Source of the DNA: Candidatus Moraniibacteriota bacterium
GTDB taxonomy: Bacteria; Patescibacteriota; Minisyncoccia; Moranbacterales; UBA1568
Assembly (NCBI GenBank): GCA_018061645.1
Contig: JAGOTT010000005.1
Coordinates: 581 to 64,580 of the forward strand
Reading direction: 5' to 3'
Length of the DNA: 64,000 nt
The translations under genes and the position numbers were made by a program. Under the pieces are notes generated by a model. It saw only the letters and a list, made by a program, of their open reading frames with translations. It ran no database searches and was not told the DNA's origin. Positions 57,151 through 64,000 of this stretch are shown piece after piece; positions within the stretch are counted from its first letter, which is position 1, and each line of letters starts with the position of its first letter.

Positions 57151-57963
57151 TTATCGATGTTCCGGAGACGGCTTTCCGAGATACTTCCTGAAGTACTTCA
57201 CCGCGCTCACGATATGATACCACGTGAGCCGATTCATGAGGAGCGACCTCATGAACCCGCCGCGCGCACTCCCCTTGCCATGATAATGGTAGATCGTGAC
57301 CGAAGGGACGTGCATGACCTTCCATTCCTTCTCCCAAAACCTCCGGCACCAATCGACATCCTCCATATACATGAAGAATCGGGTATCCATCGGACCGACA
57401 TCCGCTGTCGCCGCCCGTCGCACGAACATCGCCGATCCCATGACCCAGTCGACCTCCCGCGGGTCTTTCCGGTCGTAATCCTTCATGAGAAACCAATCGG
57501 TATGCCGTCTTCCGATCGGAAGCTTTCCGAGAAACGTCCGACGGAACAATATCGTCCATGGCCGATAGAAGCGGAAGCAGGAAATCTGTTCGGTTCCGTT
57601 GAAATTCACCTGTCTGGCGCCGATCATCCCGATATCGGTGTGCGATTCCATGAATCGGAACAACCGATCCACGGCGCCCTCGGTCAGGACGATATCGTGA
57701 TTGATGAGGAAGACGTATTCGCCCCGCGCTTCTTCCAAAGACCTGTTGATGAGCCTTACGAATCCGACGTTCCGATCGGACGGAAAAAACCGGACTTCCG
57801 GAAAATCGTTGAGTACGAGACGGGTTCCCTCCTCGGTCTCGCTGTCCGCCACGAGCACCTCGAACTCGTACCCCGAACCGCCGGCATACCGGAAGACCGA
57901 ATCGAGGCAGAGCCGAAGGAGCTCCGGATTCTTGTAACTGTTGATTGCGATCGATATTTTCAC
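57151..57963 (-). CDS. family 2 glycosyltransferase
   Basis: GT-A fold; DxD-like (ADSETEEG) and MYMEDVDW motifs; probable GTG start. Confidence 0.8.
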   Translation of the reverse strand: MKISIAINSYKNPELLRLCLDSVFRYAGGSGYEFEVLVADSETEEGTRLVLNDFPEVRFFPSDRNVGFVRLINRSLEEARGEYVFLINHDIVLTEGAVDRLFRFMESHTDIGMIGARQVNFNGTEQISCFRFYRPWTILFRRTFLGKLPIGRRHTDWFLMKDYDRKDPREVDWVMGSAMFVRRAATADVGPMDTRFFMYMEDVDWCRRFWEKEWKVMHVPSVTIYHYHGKGSARGGFMRSLLMNRLTWYHIVSAVKYFRKYLGKPSPEHR

Positions 57964-57969
57964 AGGTAT

Positions 57970-59163
57970 TTACGGAAGATTTCGGAAAAGCTCCCGGATC
58001 CGGTCATAATTGTCGCCTACGGGCAGGATGATCGATCCGGCTCCCGGATACAGGTCCTTGTCGGGAAAATACAGGAGTCCCTCATCGGACGTGTCGAGCA
58101 CCTTCTGCCTGAGTTCGGCGTCACCGATCTTCTGATACAGATCGAAGACACGCTTCATCTCCCATCCTTCCATATCCGTCCGGACGTTGTCCCCCAAGCT
58201 GTCGATGAGTCCGTTTATCTTCGAAAAATCGGTGAGCGTCCCCGCGGAAAGCATCTTCTCCTTGAGTTCCTTTATCACTTCCTGCTGACGCTTCGCACGC
58301 TCGAAATCGCTCGATGTGGCACGGGCGCGGGCATAACAGAGAGCCGTTTCCCCGTCGAGCACATTGTCACCGGCGGAAAGCTTGAAGACACCGCCGCACT
58401 CGACATCCTTGTTGTAACAGAGCGGGTATGACTTGGCGATATATTTCGTCCCATCCTTGCGGACATGGTACTTGTGTTCGTAGGTCTGCATCTTCGTCTT
58501 CGGATCGATCACCGGGACCGTGAAAACGTATGGATCGCAGACTTTCGGCTCCCGGAACTGGACGCCTTCCTCGAACGGTTGGTCGAGATGCACCGTGACG
58601 CCGCCGAGAGCATCGACAAGATCGGTGAACCCCTTGAAATTTATCGCCACGGCATAGTGCATCGGCTGACCCGTGATATCGGAAAGGACGCGCTTCATGT
58701 ATTCCATCCCCTGCCCTTTCCCTTTCTGTTCGCCGTAATGATGTACCGCGTTTATCTTCTGTCTGTCGGAAGTATCCGGAACCGTCACGTACAGATCGCG
58801 TGGAATCGAAACGAGCGACGCGCGGTTCCGATCCTGTTCCCCGTTTTTCGGATGGATCGAGAGTACCATGACGGTATCCGCGAGCAATCCGCCGCCGTCG
58901 ACATGCTCTCCGCGCATCCCGAGCAGCACGACGTTGATCCGTCCGTCCTCTTCGCCCTTGAGTTTCGCCTCAACACCCGGCAGGGACTTCATGACATCGC
59001 CGAAGATACTCCCGTTCCCGATGGAAATCTTTCCGATGGTCGCGCCGGCCTTCCAGAACCCGAGGCCGCCGAGCGCGACAAGCGCGACAAGGATACCGAT
59101 CGCCGTATTCCGGACCCGATGATGCTTCACCTGCGTTCCGTCAGCCTCCTTGACGTGATCCAT
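57970..59163 (-). CDS. LytR-CpsA-Psr (LCP) family glycopolymer transferase
   Basis: N-terminal TM plus LCP domain (RINVVLLGMRG...SIPRDLYV). Confidence 0.85.
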   Translation of the reverse strand: MDHVKEADGTQVKHHRVRNTAIGILVALVALGGLGFWKAGATIGKISIGNGSIFGDVMKSLPGVEAKLKGEEDGRINVVLLGMRGEHVDGGGLLADTVMVLSIHPKNGEQDRNRASLVSIPRDLYVTVPDTSDRQKINAVHHYGEQKGKGQGMEYMKRVLSDITGQPMHYAVAINFKGFTDLVDALGGVTVHLDQPFEEGVQFREPKVCDPYVFTVPVIDPKTKMQTYEHKYHVRKDGTKYIAKSYPLCYNKDVECGGVFKLSAGDNVLDGETALCYARARATSSDFERAKRQQEVIKELKEKMLSAGTLTDFSKINGLIDSLGDNVRTDMEGWEMKRVFDLYQKIGDAELRQKVLDTSDEGLLYFPDKDLYPGAGSIILPVGDNYDRIRELFRNLP

Positions 59164-59174
59164 AGAAGAAAATG

Positions 59175-60341
59175 CTACCGTTGTTTACCCTCATGGAGCG
59201 ATTCGTAGCAGGAAAATAAAACACGGGCGCTTTTTTCCCAGGAATACTCCGGAAGTCGCTCGCGCCCGAGCTGTTTCAGCCGCTCCCGCGTCGTTTCATT
59301 CGTGAGAAGAGTATACAACGATTCCGCACATCCGACAATGTCACCGGGAGCGAAAAAAAGTACCGCATCGCCGCCGACCTCGCGAAAGGGCGGAATATTC
59401 GAAGCCGAAACAGGAATGCCGGCGGAGAAGGCTTCGAGGATCGGTATGCCGAATCCCTCGTATCGCGACGGAAACACGAGTCCGGTCGCCGAGGCGTACA
59501 CCGCCGGAAGATCCACCTGTTCGATGAATCCAGGAAAGACCACGGCGCTGCCGAGATGCGTCTCGTCGATCGCCGCATCGATACCGGCATCGAAATGATG
59601 CGCCAGACGGTTTCCGGTCAGCACGACCTGGAATCCCGGAATCCGGTCGCGGATCCTCGCGAACGCTCGAATGAGAAGCGGGAGGTTCTTTCTCGGCTGG
59701 AGCGTTCCGACCGAAAGCAGGAACTTTTCCGGAAGGCCGTATTTCCGCCTGACCCTCACGATCTCGATATCCGAAACACTCCGAAGGAAATCGGGCGACA
59801 CCGCGTTCGGAACCACCGCGACTTTTTCCTTCGGAATCCCGTATCGCTCCACGATTTCCCGTCTGGTGAATTCCGACGGCGAAACGAGGATATCCGACCG
59901 TCGACATGTCTTCGGGATAAAGAATGAGAGGAGCAGACGATCCTTCCGTCCGATCAGGTCCGGAAATGTGCGGAAAGAAACATCGTGGATATGGGCGACT
60001 ACCTTCGTCCGCTTCGGTATGAAGATCGGCAGGATATACTGCGTATGGAAGATGTCGATCTGATTCCTGAGAAGAAAGAACGGGACCGACAGGAGATTCC
60101 AGAAAAACCGGTTCGCCCCGGGTAGCGGGACGATTTCCGCGTTTCCGTTCTCCGTGATTCCGAGCGAAACGGAAAGATCCGAAAGAACATCCCGTCCGTT
60201 CCTGTCCGTGAGCAGAAGATAACGATTTTCACGGTCGATCCGGAGCAATTCGCGGGTAAGATTGAGAAATACCGCCTCATCCCCCGTACGGTTCCTTCCG
60301 ATAAGACGGATATCAATCGCGATGGTTTTCATACCGGACAT
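59175..60341 (-). CDS. family 4 glycosyltransferase
   Basis: C-terminal EGFGIPILEA GT4 motif. Confidence 0.8.
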   Translation of the reverse strand: MSGMKTIAIDIRLIGRNRTGDEAVFLNLTRELLRIDRENRYLLLTDRNGRDVLSDLSVSLGITENGNAEIVPLPGANRFFWNLLSVPFFLLRNQIDIFHTQYILPIFIPKRTKVVAHIHDVSFRTFPDLIGRKDRLLLSFFIPKTCRRSDILVSPSEFTRREIVERYGIPKEKVAVVPNAVSPDFLRSVSDIEIVRVRRKYGLPEKFLLSVGTLQPRKNLPLLIRAFARIRDRIPGFQVVLTGNRLAHHFDAGIDAAIDETHLGSAVVFPGFIEQVDLPAVYASATGLVFPSRYEGFGIPILEAFSAGIPVSASNIPPFREVGGDAVLFFAPGDIVGCAESLYTLLTNETTRERLKQLGRERLPEYSWEKSARVLFSCYESLHEGKQR

Positions 60342-60343
60342 GT

Positions 60344-61933
60344 TTACTGCTTATTTTTCGAGTCGTCTGCCACGGATACCGCTACCGCAAGAAGAACCCA
60401 GAAAAAACCGAGAAGTATTCCCGAGTTAAAAAGATTGAAAACGATCAGTCCGGAAACGACGGAAAGCACGAAGATCGGAAACGCGCCTTCCGGAAAGCGG
60501 GTGCCTGGACCGGAAGAATGGAAAGACCTCGCCGCGCGCGCAAGGACGACCGCGAAGAAACCGACGATCCCGATGATTCCGAGCACGCCGCTGCCGAGCC
60601 AGACCTCGAGGAAGACATCGCTCGCATTGAGTCCGGCGCCGCGTTCGTCCGTCCCGAGTATCTGGGAAATACTCCCCCAACCGATGCCGAGTGCCGGATG
60701 TCCGCCGATTTCCGCCATGGAGATACCGTAGATGTCCTTGCGGATTCCGATGCTCGGATCCGAACGAAGCACTGTCCCGACGAAATTCCCGTCCGCCTCC
60801 TCGGAGCCGATATCCTCGAGATCGATATGTCGACAACCGTAGGATCCGAGTTCGGAGATATCCGATATCCGTTCCGGAAGTTCCACCGGAAGCGCGCTTC
60901 CGGTATCGCACGAGATCGTGATTTCCTGCAGTCCCGCGGTGCTCGTCGCTCTCCCGAGAAGATCGAACCGGGTGAGCGGGACGAGCGCGACGAGCGCGAC
61001 CGCGAGTATGAACGAGACGAGGATGCTACCGGCATATGCACCAACGATTCTCGCATCGCGTCGCATAAAGGCGAATAACCCGACCGACACGACACCCGAA
61101 ACGAGTGCTCCGATCCATGCGCTCCGTGCGACTGTCATGAGAAGCGTCATGAACAGGAGAATAAAGGATGCGCCCCCGATGAGGAACATCGGAAAGTACC
61201 CCGAGCGGCTTCCTGGAAATCGGCCGCGGAAAACGCCTGTGAATATCGAAAAAAATACGGCTCCCAGGAAGATGAGATACGCTCCGAGCCAGTCCGGTTC
61301 GGGAAACCCCCCGTCAGGTCGCCCCGGCATCGCTTGGAACGGATCGAATCCGGACAGGAACCGGATATTCTGAAAAAGCGCATAGCAGAGGACGATCGCT
61401 CCGGAAACGAGCACGAACGGAAGCACCTTCCGGATATCGTCGAGCGACCGCATATATATCCTTCCCAGAACATAGAGTCCGTACAGGGAAAAGAGCACCA
61501 GCGACAATTTGAATGAGGACGCGGTCGACGGCGCGTTCATAAGCGCCGGAAGCGACCCTATCGGAATAAGCAGAAGCAACGCGTCCGGCAGTTCGAATTT
61601 CGGCAGCTCCGGCAACGCGCGCTTCGAGAAAAATCGGATCAAGAGCCCGAGAAACAAAGAGGTTTCGAGAAGTTGGTACGGCCGAAGGTCGAAACCGAGG
61701 CCCGACGGGGCGAGATTCGCCGCCTCAAGCGGAAGCGCCATGACGAGCAGGAGAAACATCCATCCGGGACGATATGTCGCCCCACCGATCGCAAGCACCG
61801 AAAAGAGAACGAAGTATCCCGTCCCAAGGGGAAGCAGATCCAGATTCCGGAAACAGATGATCACGACGAAGAGGAGCGCCCCGCAGATAAGAAGCGCTTT
61901 CCCGATGACAGTCATTCTGAAGAGGTGAAACAT
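60344..61933 (-). CDS. O-antigen ligase/polymerase-like polytopic membrane protein (Wzy_C-like)
   Basis: More than 10 hydrophobic helices; central periplasmic loop with ARSAWIG. The ATG at 61933 is taken as the start; the ORF-track TTG start is 61960. Confidence 0.55.
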   Translation of the reverse strand: MFHLFRMTVIGKALLICGALLFVVIICFRNLDLLPLGTGYFVLFSVLAIGGATYRPGWMFLLLVMALPLEAANLAPSGLGFDLRPYQLLETSLFLGLLIRFFSKRALPELPKFELPDALLLLIPIGSLPALMNAPSTASSFKLSLVLFSLYGLYVLGRIYMRSLDDIRKVLPFVLVSGAIVLCYALFQNIRFLSGFDPFQAMPGRPDGGFPEPDWLGAYLIFLGAVFFSIFTGVFRGRFPGSRSGYFPMFLIGGASFILLFMTLLMTVARSAWIGALVSGVVSVGLFAFMRRDARIVGAYAGSILVSFILAVALVALVPLTRFDLLGRATSTAGLQEITISCDTGSALPVELPERISDISELGSYGCRHIDLEDIGSEEADGNFVGTVLRSDPSIGIRKDIYGISMAEIGGHPALGIGWGSISQILGTDERGAGLNASDVFLEVWLGSGVLGIIGIVGFFAVVLARAARSFHSSGPGTRFPEGAFPIFVLSVVSGLIVFNLFNSGILLGFFWVLLAVAVSVADDSKNKQ

Positions 61934-61965
61934 ACGGACAGAGAATAGCCTACGAAACAAATCCT

Positions 61966-62036
61966 GTCATTCTGAGCGTAGCGAAGAATCTCGTTTTCCT
62001 TTTCCTTTCGGAATCCTTCGCTACGCTCAGGACGAC
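61966..62036. repeat. 25-nt hairpin repeat family, inverted pair e1/e2
   Basis: GTCATTCTGAGCGTAGCGAAGAATC (61966-61990) and the degenerate inverted copy GAATCCTTCGCTACGCTCAGGACGAC (62011-62036). Confidence 0.65.
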
Positions 62037-63268
62037 TCCTCCGCGATAAGACAATCGACCACCTTCCCAGTGAAGGCATCCCAGGAAAAATCCTGTGCGC
62101 GAACACGACCCTTTTTCGAAAGGTCTTCGCGGAGCGCGTCGTCGTCAAGCAACCGTTCCATTCCATGCAGAATCGCCTCCTCGCTTTCCGGATCGACAAG
62201 CAGCGCCGCGTCGCCCGCAAGCTCCGGAACCGAGCCCGCCCGCCCGGCAAGCACCGACGTCCCACAGGAAAACGCCTCGAGCACCGGCAGTCCGAACCCC
62301 TCGTAGAGCGACGGATATGTGAAGAACGAGGCGCCGTGATAGAGCGCCGGCAGGTCTTCGTCCGGAACGAAACCAAGCACGACGACCGACTCCTCCAGAC
62401 CAAGCTTCCGCACGATTCCCCGGACATCGGTCGCGAGCGTATTGGAAGCCGGGAAAACTTTCCCCGAAATCACCAGCGGCGGCACGTTATTTTTTTGTTC
62501 TTCACTTCCCTCCGCTCCTTGCCTCTTGTCTCTTGCCTCTTGTCTCTTCGTGTGAAGCGCGGCATACGCGTGGAGCAGACGTTCGGCGTTCTTGCGTATC
62601 TCGAGTCCGCCGCCGTGGTAGATATATCCGGGTTCGAGCGCATATTTTTTCATCACACGAAGGATATCGTCGGATGTCGCCCCGACACGGAACGACGGGT
62701 CGCAATCAGGGAAAGCGACGGCGATCTTCTCTTCCGGAATGCCGAGCTCCGACACGAGATCCGCCCTCGTTTTTTCCGATACCGCGATGATCCGATCCGC
62801 ACTCCGGATTCCCTTCTCCACCGCTTTCCAGTGGAGCTTTCGTGTGAACGTGCCGAGATACTTCGGAAACAGCCGCGGAATGATGTCGTGCACGACCATG
62901 ACATGACGAATCGATGATTTTTGATTTTTGATTTTTGATTTTTTAAATATCACTGATGATTGGGAAAGCGAAAGAAAAACGTCACAGCCGTCCTCCTGCG
63001 CGCGCTTCGACAGCTCCCGCTCCCAGAGCGTCCTCCGCGGCACGTCGTCCCGCTTCCACCATTTCGGCAGAAACGCCTTCACCTCGAAATTCTCCGGTAG
63101 CCCAAAACGAAGCGCCGGCGCTTCTTCGCAATATAAAACATAACGGCAGTCTGTTGACTGTTGACTGTTGACTGTTGACTCAGCTAATTTTTGCAAAAAA
63201 TTAGCTGTCACCTGTCCGATTCCGGTTCCAGGCTTGCGCAGAAATGACGCGTCTATTCCTATTCTCAT
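62027..63268 (-). CDS. family 4 glycosyltransferase carrying three internal heptanucleotide repeat tracts
   Basis: YEGFGLPVLEA GT4 motif; low-complexity insertions encoded by tracts at 62515-62549, 62916-62943 and 63151-63178. Confidence 0.8.
   Translation of the reverse strand: MRIGIDASFLRKPGTGIGQVTANFLQKLAESTVNSQQSTDCRYVLYCEEAPALRFGLPENFEVKAFLPKWWKRDDVPRRTLWERELSKRAQEDGCDVFLSLSQSSVIFKKSKIKNQKSSIRHVMVVHDIIPRLFPKYLGTFTRKLHWKAVEKGIRSADRIIAVSEKTRADLVSELGIPEEKIAVAFPDCDPSFRVGATSDDILRVMKKYALEPGYIYHGGGLEIRKNAERLLHAYAALHTKRQEARDKRQGAEGSEEQKNNVPPLVISGKVFPASNTLATDVRGIVRKLGLEESVVVLGFVPDEDLPALYHGASFFTYPSLYEGFGLPVLEAFSCGTSVLAGRAGSVPELAGDAALLVDPESEEAILHGMERLLDDDALREDLSKKGRVRAQDFSWDAFTGKVVDCLIAEESS
62515..62549. 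repeat. (YCTCTTG)x5 heptanucleotide tandem repeat within the GT4 gene
   Basis: CTCCTTG CCTCTTG TCTCTTG CCTCTTG TCTCTTC. Confidence 0.8.
62916..62943. repeat. (GATTTTT)x4 heptanucleotide tandem repeat within the GT4 gene
   Basis: Perfect 4 copies; encodes KIKNQKSS. Confidence 0.85.
63151..63178. repeat. (CTGTTGA)x4 heptanucleotide tandem repeat within the GT4 gene
   Basis: Perfect 4 copies; encodes STVNSQQST. Confidence 0.85.
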
Positions 63269-63290
63269 ATGAGCCTATCATAGCGCACCT

Positions 63291-63319
63291 TTGACAAAAT
63301 AGCAATAAAATGCTATAAT
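63291..63319 (+). promoter_or_regulatory. near-consensus sigma70 promoter (TTGACA-17 bp-TGcTATAAT)
   Basis: -35 at 63291-63296, extended -10 at 63311-63319. Confidence 0.6.
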
Positions 63320-63384
63320 ATACGGTTGCATCTTTGATCCGCAACATTTCCAACTAAACTGGTACTTTACCAAAGGAGACCGGC

Positions 63385-64000
63385 ATGACCTACATCGCAC
63401 TATTTTTTTTGAGCCTTTTCTCGACACTCTTCCCCTCCCTTCCCTGGGCGGCGGATGTGTCGCCGAAAACTCCCGCCGCCCGCGAGTGCGCCGCACTCGA
63501 CGAGCGCGCGGCAGCCGACGGATACGCCGAGGAACGCGTTCCGCACGGAGCGCTCTGGGCGCGGCAAGCCGTCCTCCGCGACACCCCGCCGAAGGGATTC
63601 GGTCATGTCATCGGCTGGTTCAACGGCGCGACGACGTATCCGTGTACCCGTCCTGGAGTCCGTTCGACAATCGAAATCGACCAGGTCGAAATCATCGAGA
63701 GTATCGACGGAAGGGAATCCGTCATCCTCTCCGAGGACTATCTCGGCGACGGACGCCTCACCGACGCGGAAGGAACGCTCTTCGTCCGGAGTCCGAAATG
63801 GTTCGGGAACGGACAAACCGAGCCGATGACATCCGTCAGCGTCGAGAACGGCTTCCTCATCGTCGATGTCGCCAAATCCTCCGATCGGATCGCACACTGG
63901 TGGACGAAACGCGTCCCGGCAAAACAGAGTGCGCGATACTTCCTCTCGGTTCGCGCGCGGATCTCGGGCGACGCCAGGCTCCAGCTCGGCGCCGACTACT
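63385..64000 (+). CDS. hypothetical secreted protein (5' portion; runs off window end)
   Basis: AAAGGAGA SD; signal peptide MTYIALFFLSLFSTLFPSLPWAADV; open to the window edge. Confidence 0.5.
   Translation, partial: MTYIALFFLSLFSTLFPSLPWAADVSPKTPAARECAALDERAAADGYAEERVPHGALWARQAVLRDTPPKGFGHVIGWFNGATTYPCTRPGVRSTIEIDQVEIIESIDGRESVILSEDYLGDGRLTDAEGTLFVRSPKWFGNGQTEPMTSVSVENGFLIVDVAKSSDRIAHWWTKRVPAKQSARYFLSVRARISGDARLQLGADY

Overview
This 64-kb window looks like a chromosomal segment of a small-genome bacterium (possibly Patescibacteria/CPR-like; that is an inference). Coding density is high, stop codons are standard (UGA is a stop: prfB is present with its UGA frameshift site), and -10 elements are often TATACT-like.

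Core genes called include rplU, recR, dnaB, cysS, corA-like, yidD, hrcA-grpE-dnaK, engB, prfB-ftsE-ftsX, an ABC-F ATPase, rsuA-like, gnd/pgl, gltX, priA-def-fmt, groES, tRNA-Thr(CGU) and tRNA-Gln(CUG). There is also a run of cell-envelope glycopolymer genes (GT4, Wzy-like, GT4, LCP, GT2, CtpA) and a giant LamG-repeat surface protein.

Observations worth a second look:
- Tandem array of four small Cys-rich ORFs (7785-8781) sharing a C-x(22-28)-C-x2-C-x5-C module, five copies in total.
- Visibly AT-rich three-gene island (PncB-like, LOG-like, SAM methyltransferase) inserted after the dnaK terminator where dnaJ usually sits. It is followed by a DNPH1-like gene remnant cut by a REP repeat and a REP-flanked RAYT transposase.
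- Seven-bp tandem repeats of about 3-4 copies (3.5 in wecB), not divisible by 3, inside three coding sequences: one GT4 gene with three tracts, wecB/tagA, and grpE. Another tract makes four tandem ATGs at the gnd 5' end. These are candidate phase-variation loci.
- A 25-nt intergenic hairpin repeat family (8 copies) showing compensatory stem changes.
- A roughly 750-bp non-coding region carrying two GGTACATGNATGTACC palindromes, G-rich and C-rich tracts, and a terminator-like hairpin.
- A prfB +1 frameshift site whose leader ORF is additionally out of frame by one nucleotide at an A6 run.
- CIRCE operators with identical architecture at hrcA and at an orphan groES.
- PriA with degenerate Walker A and B motifs, and a CorA homolog with AMS in place of GMN.

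No CRISPR array, rRNA or prophage was recognised.
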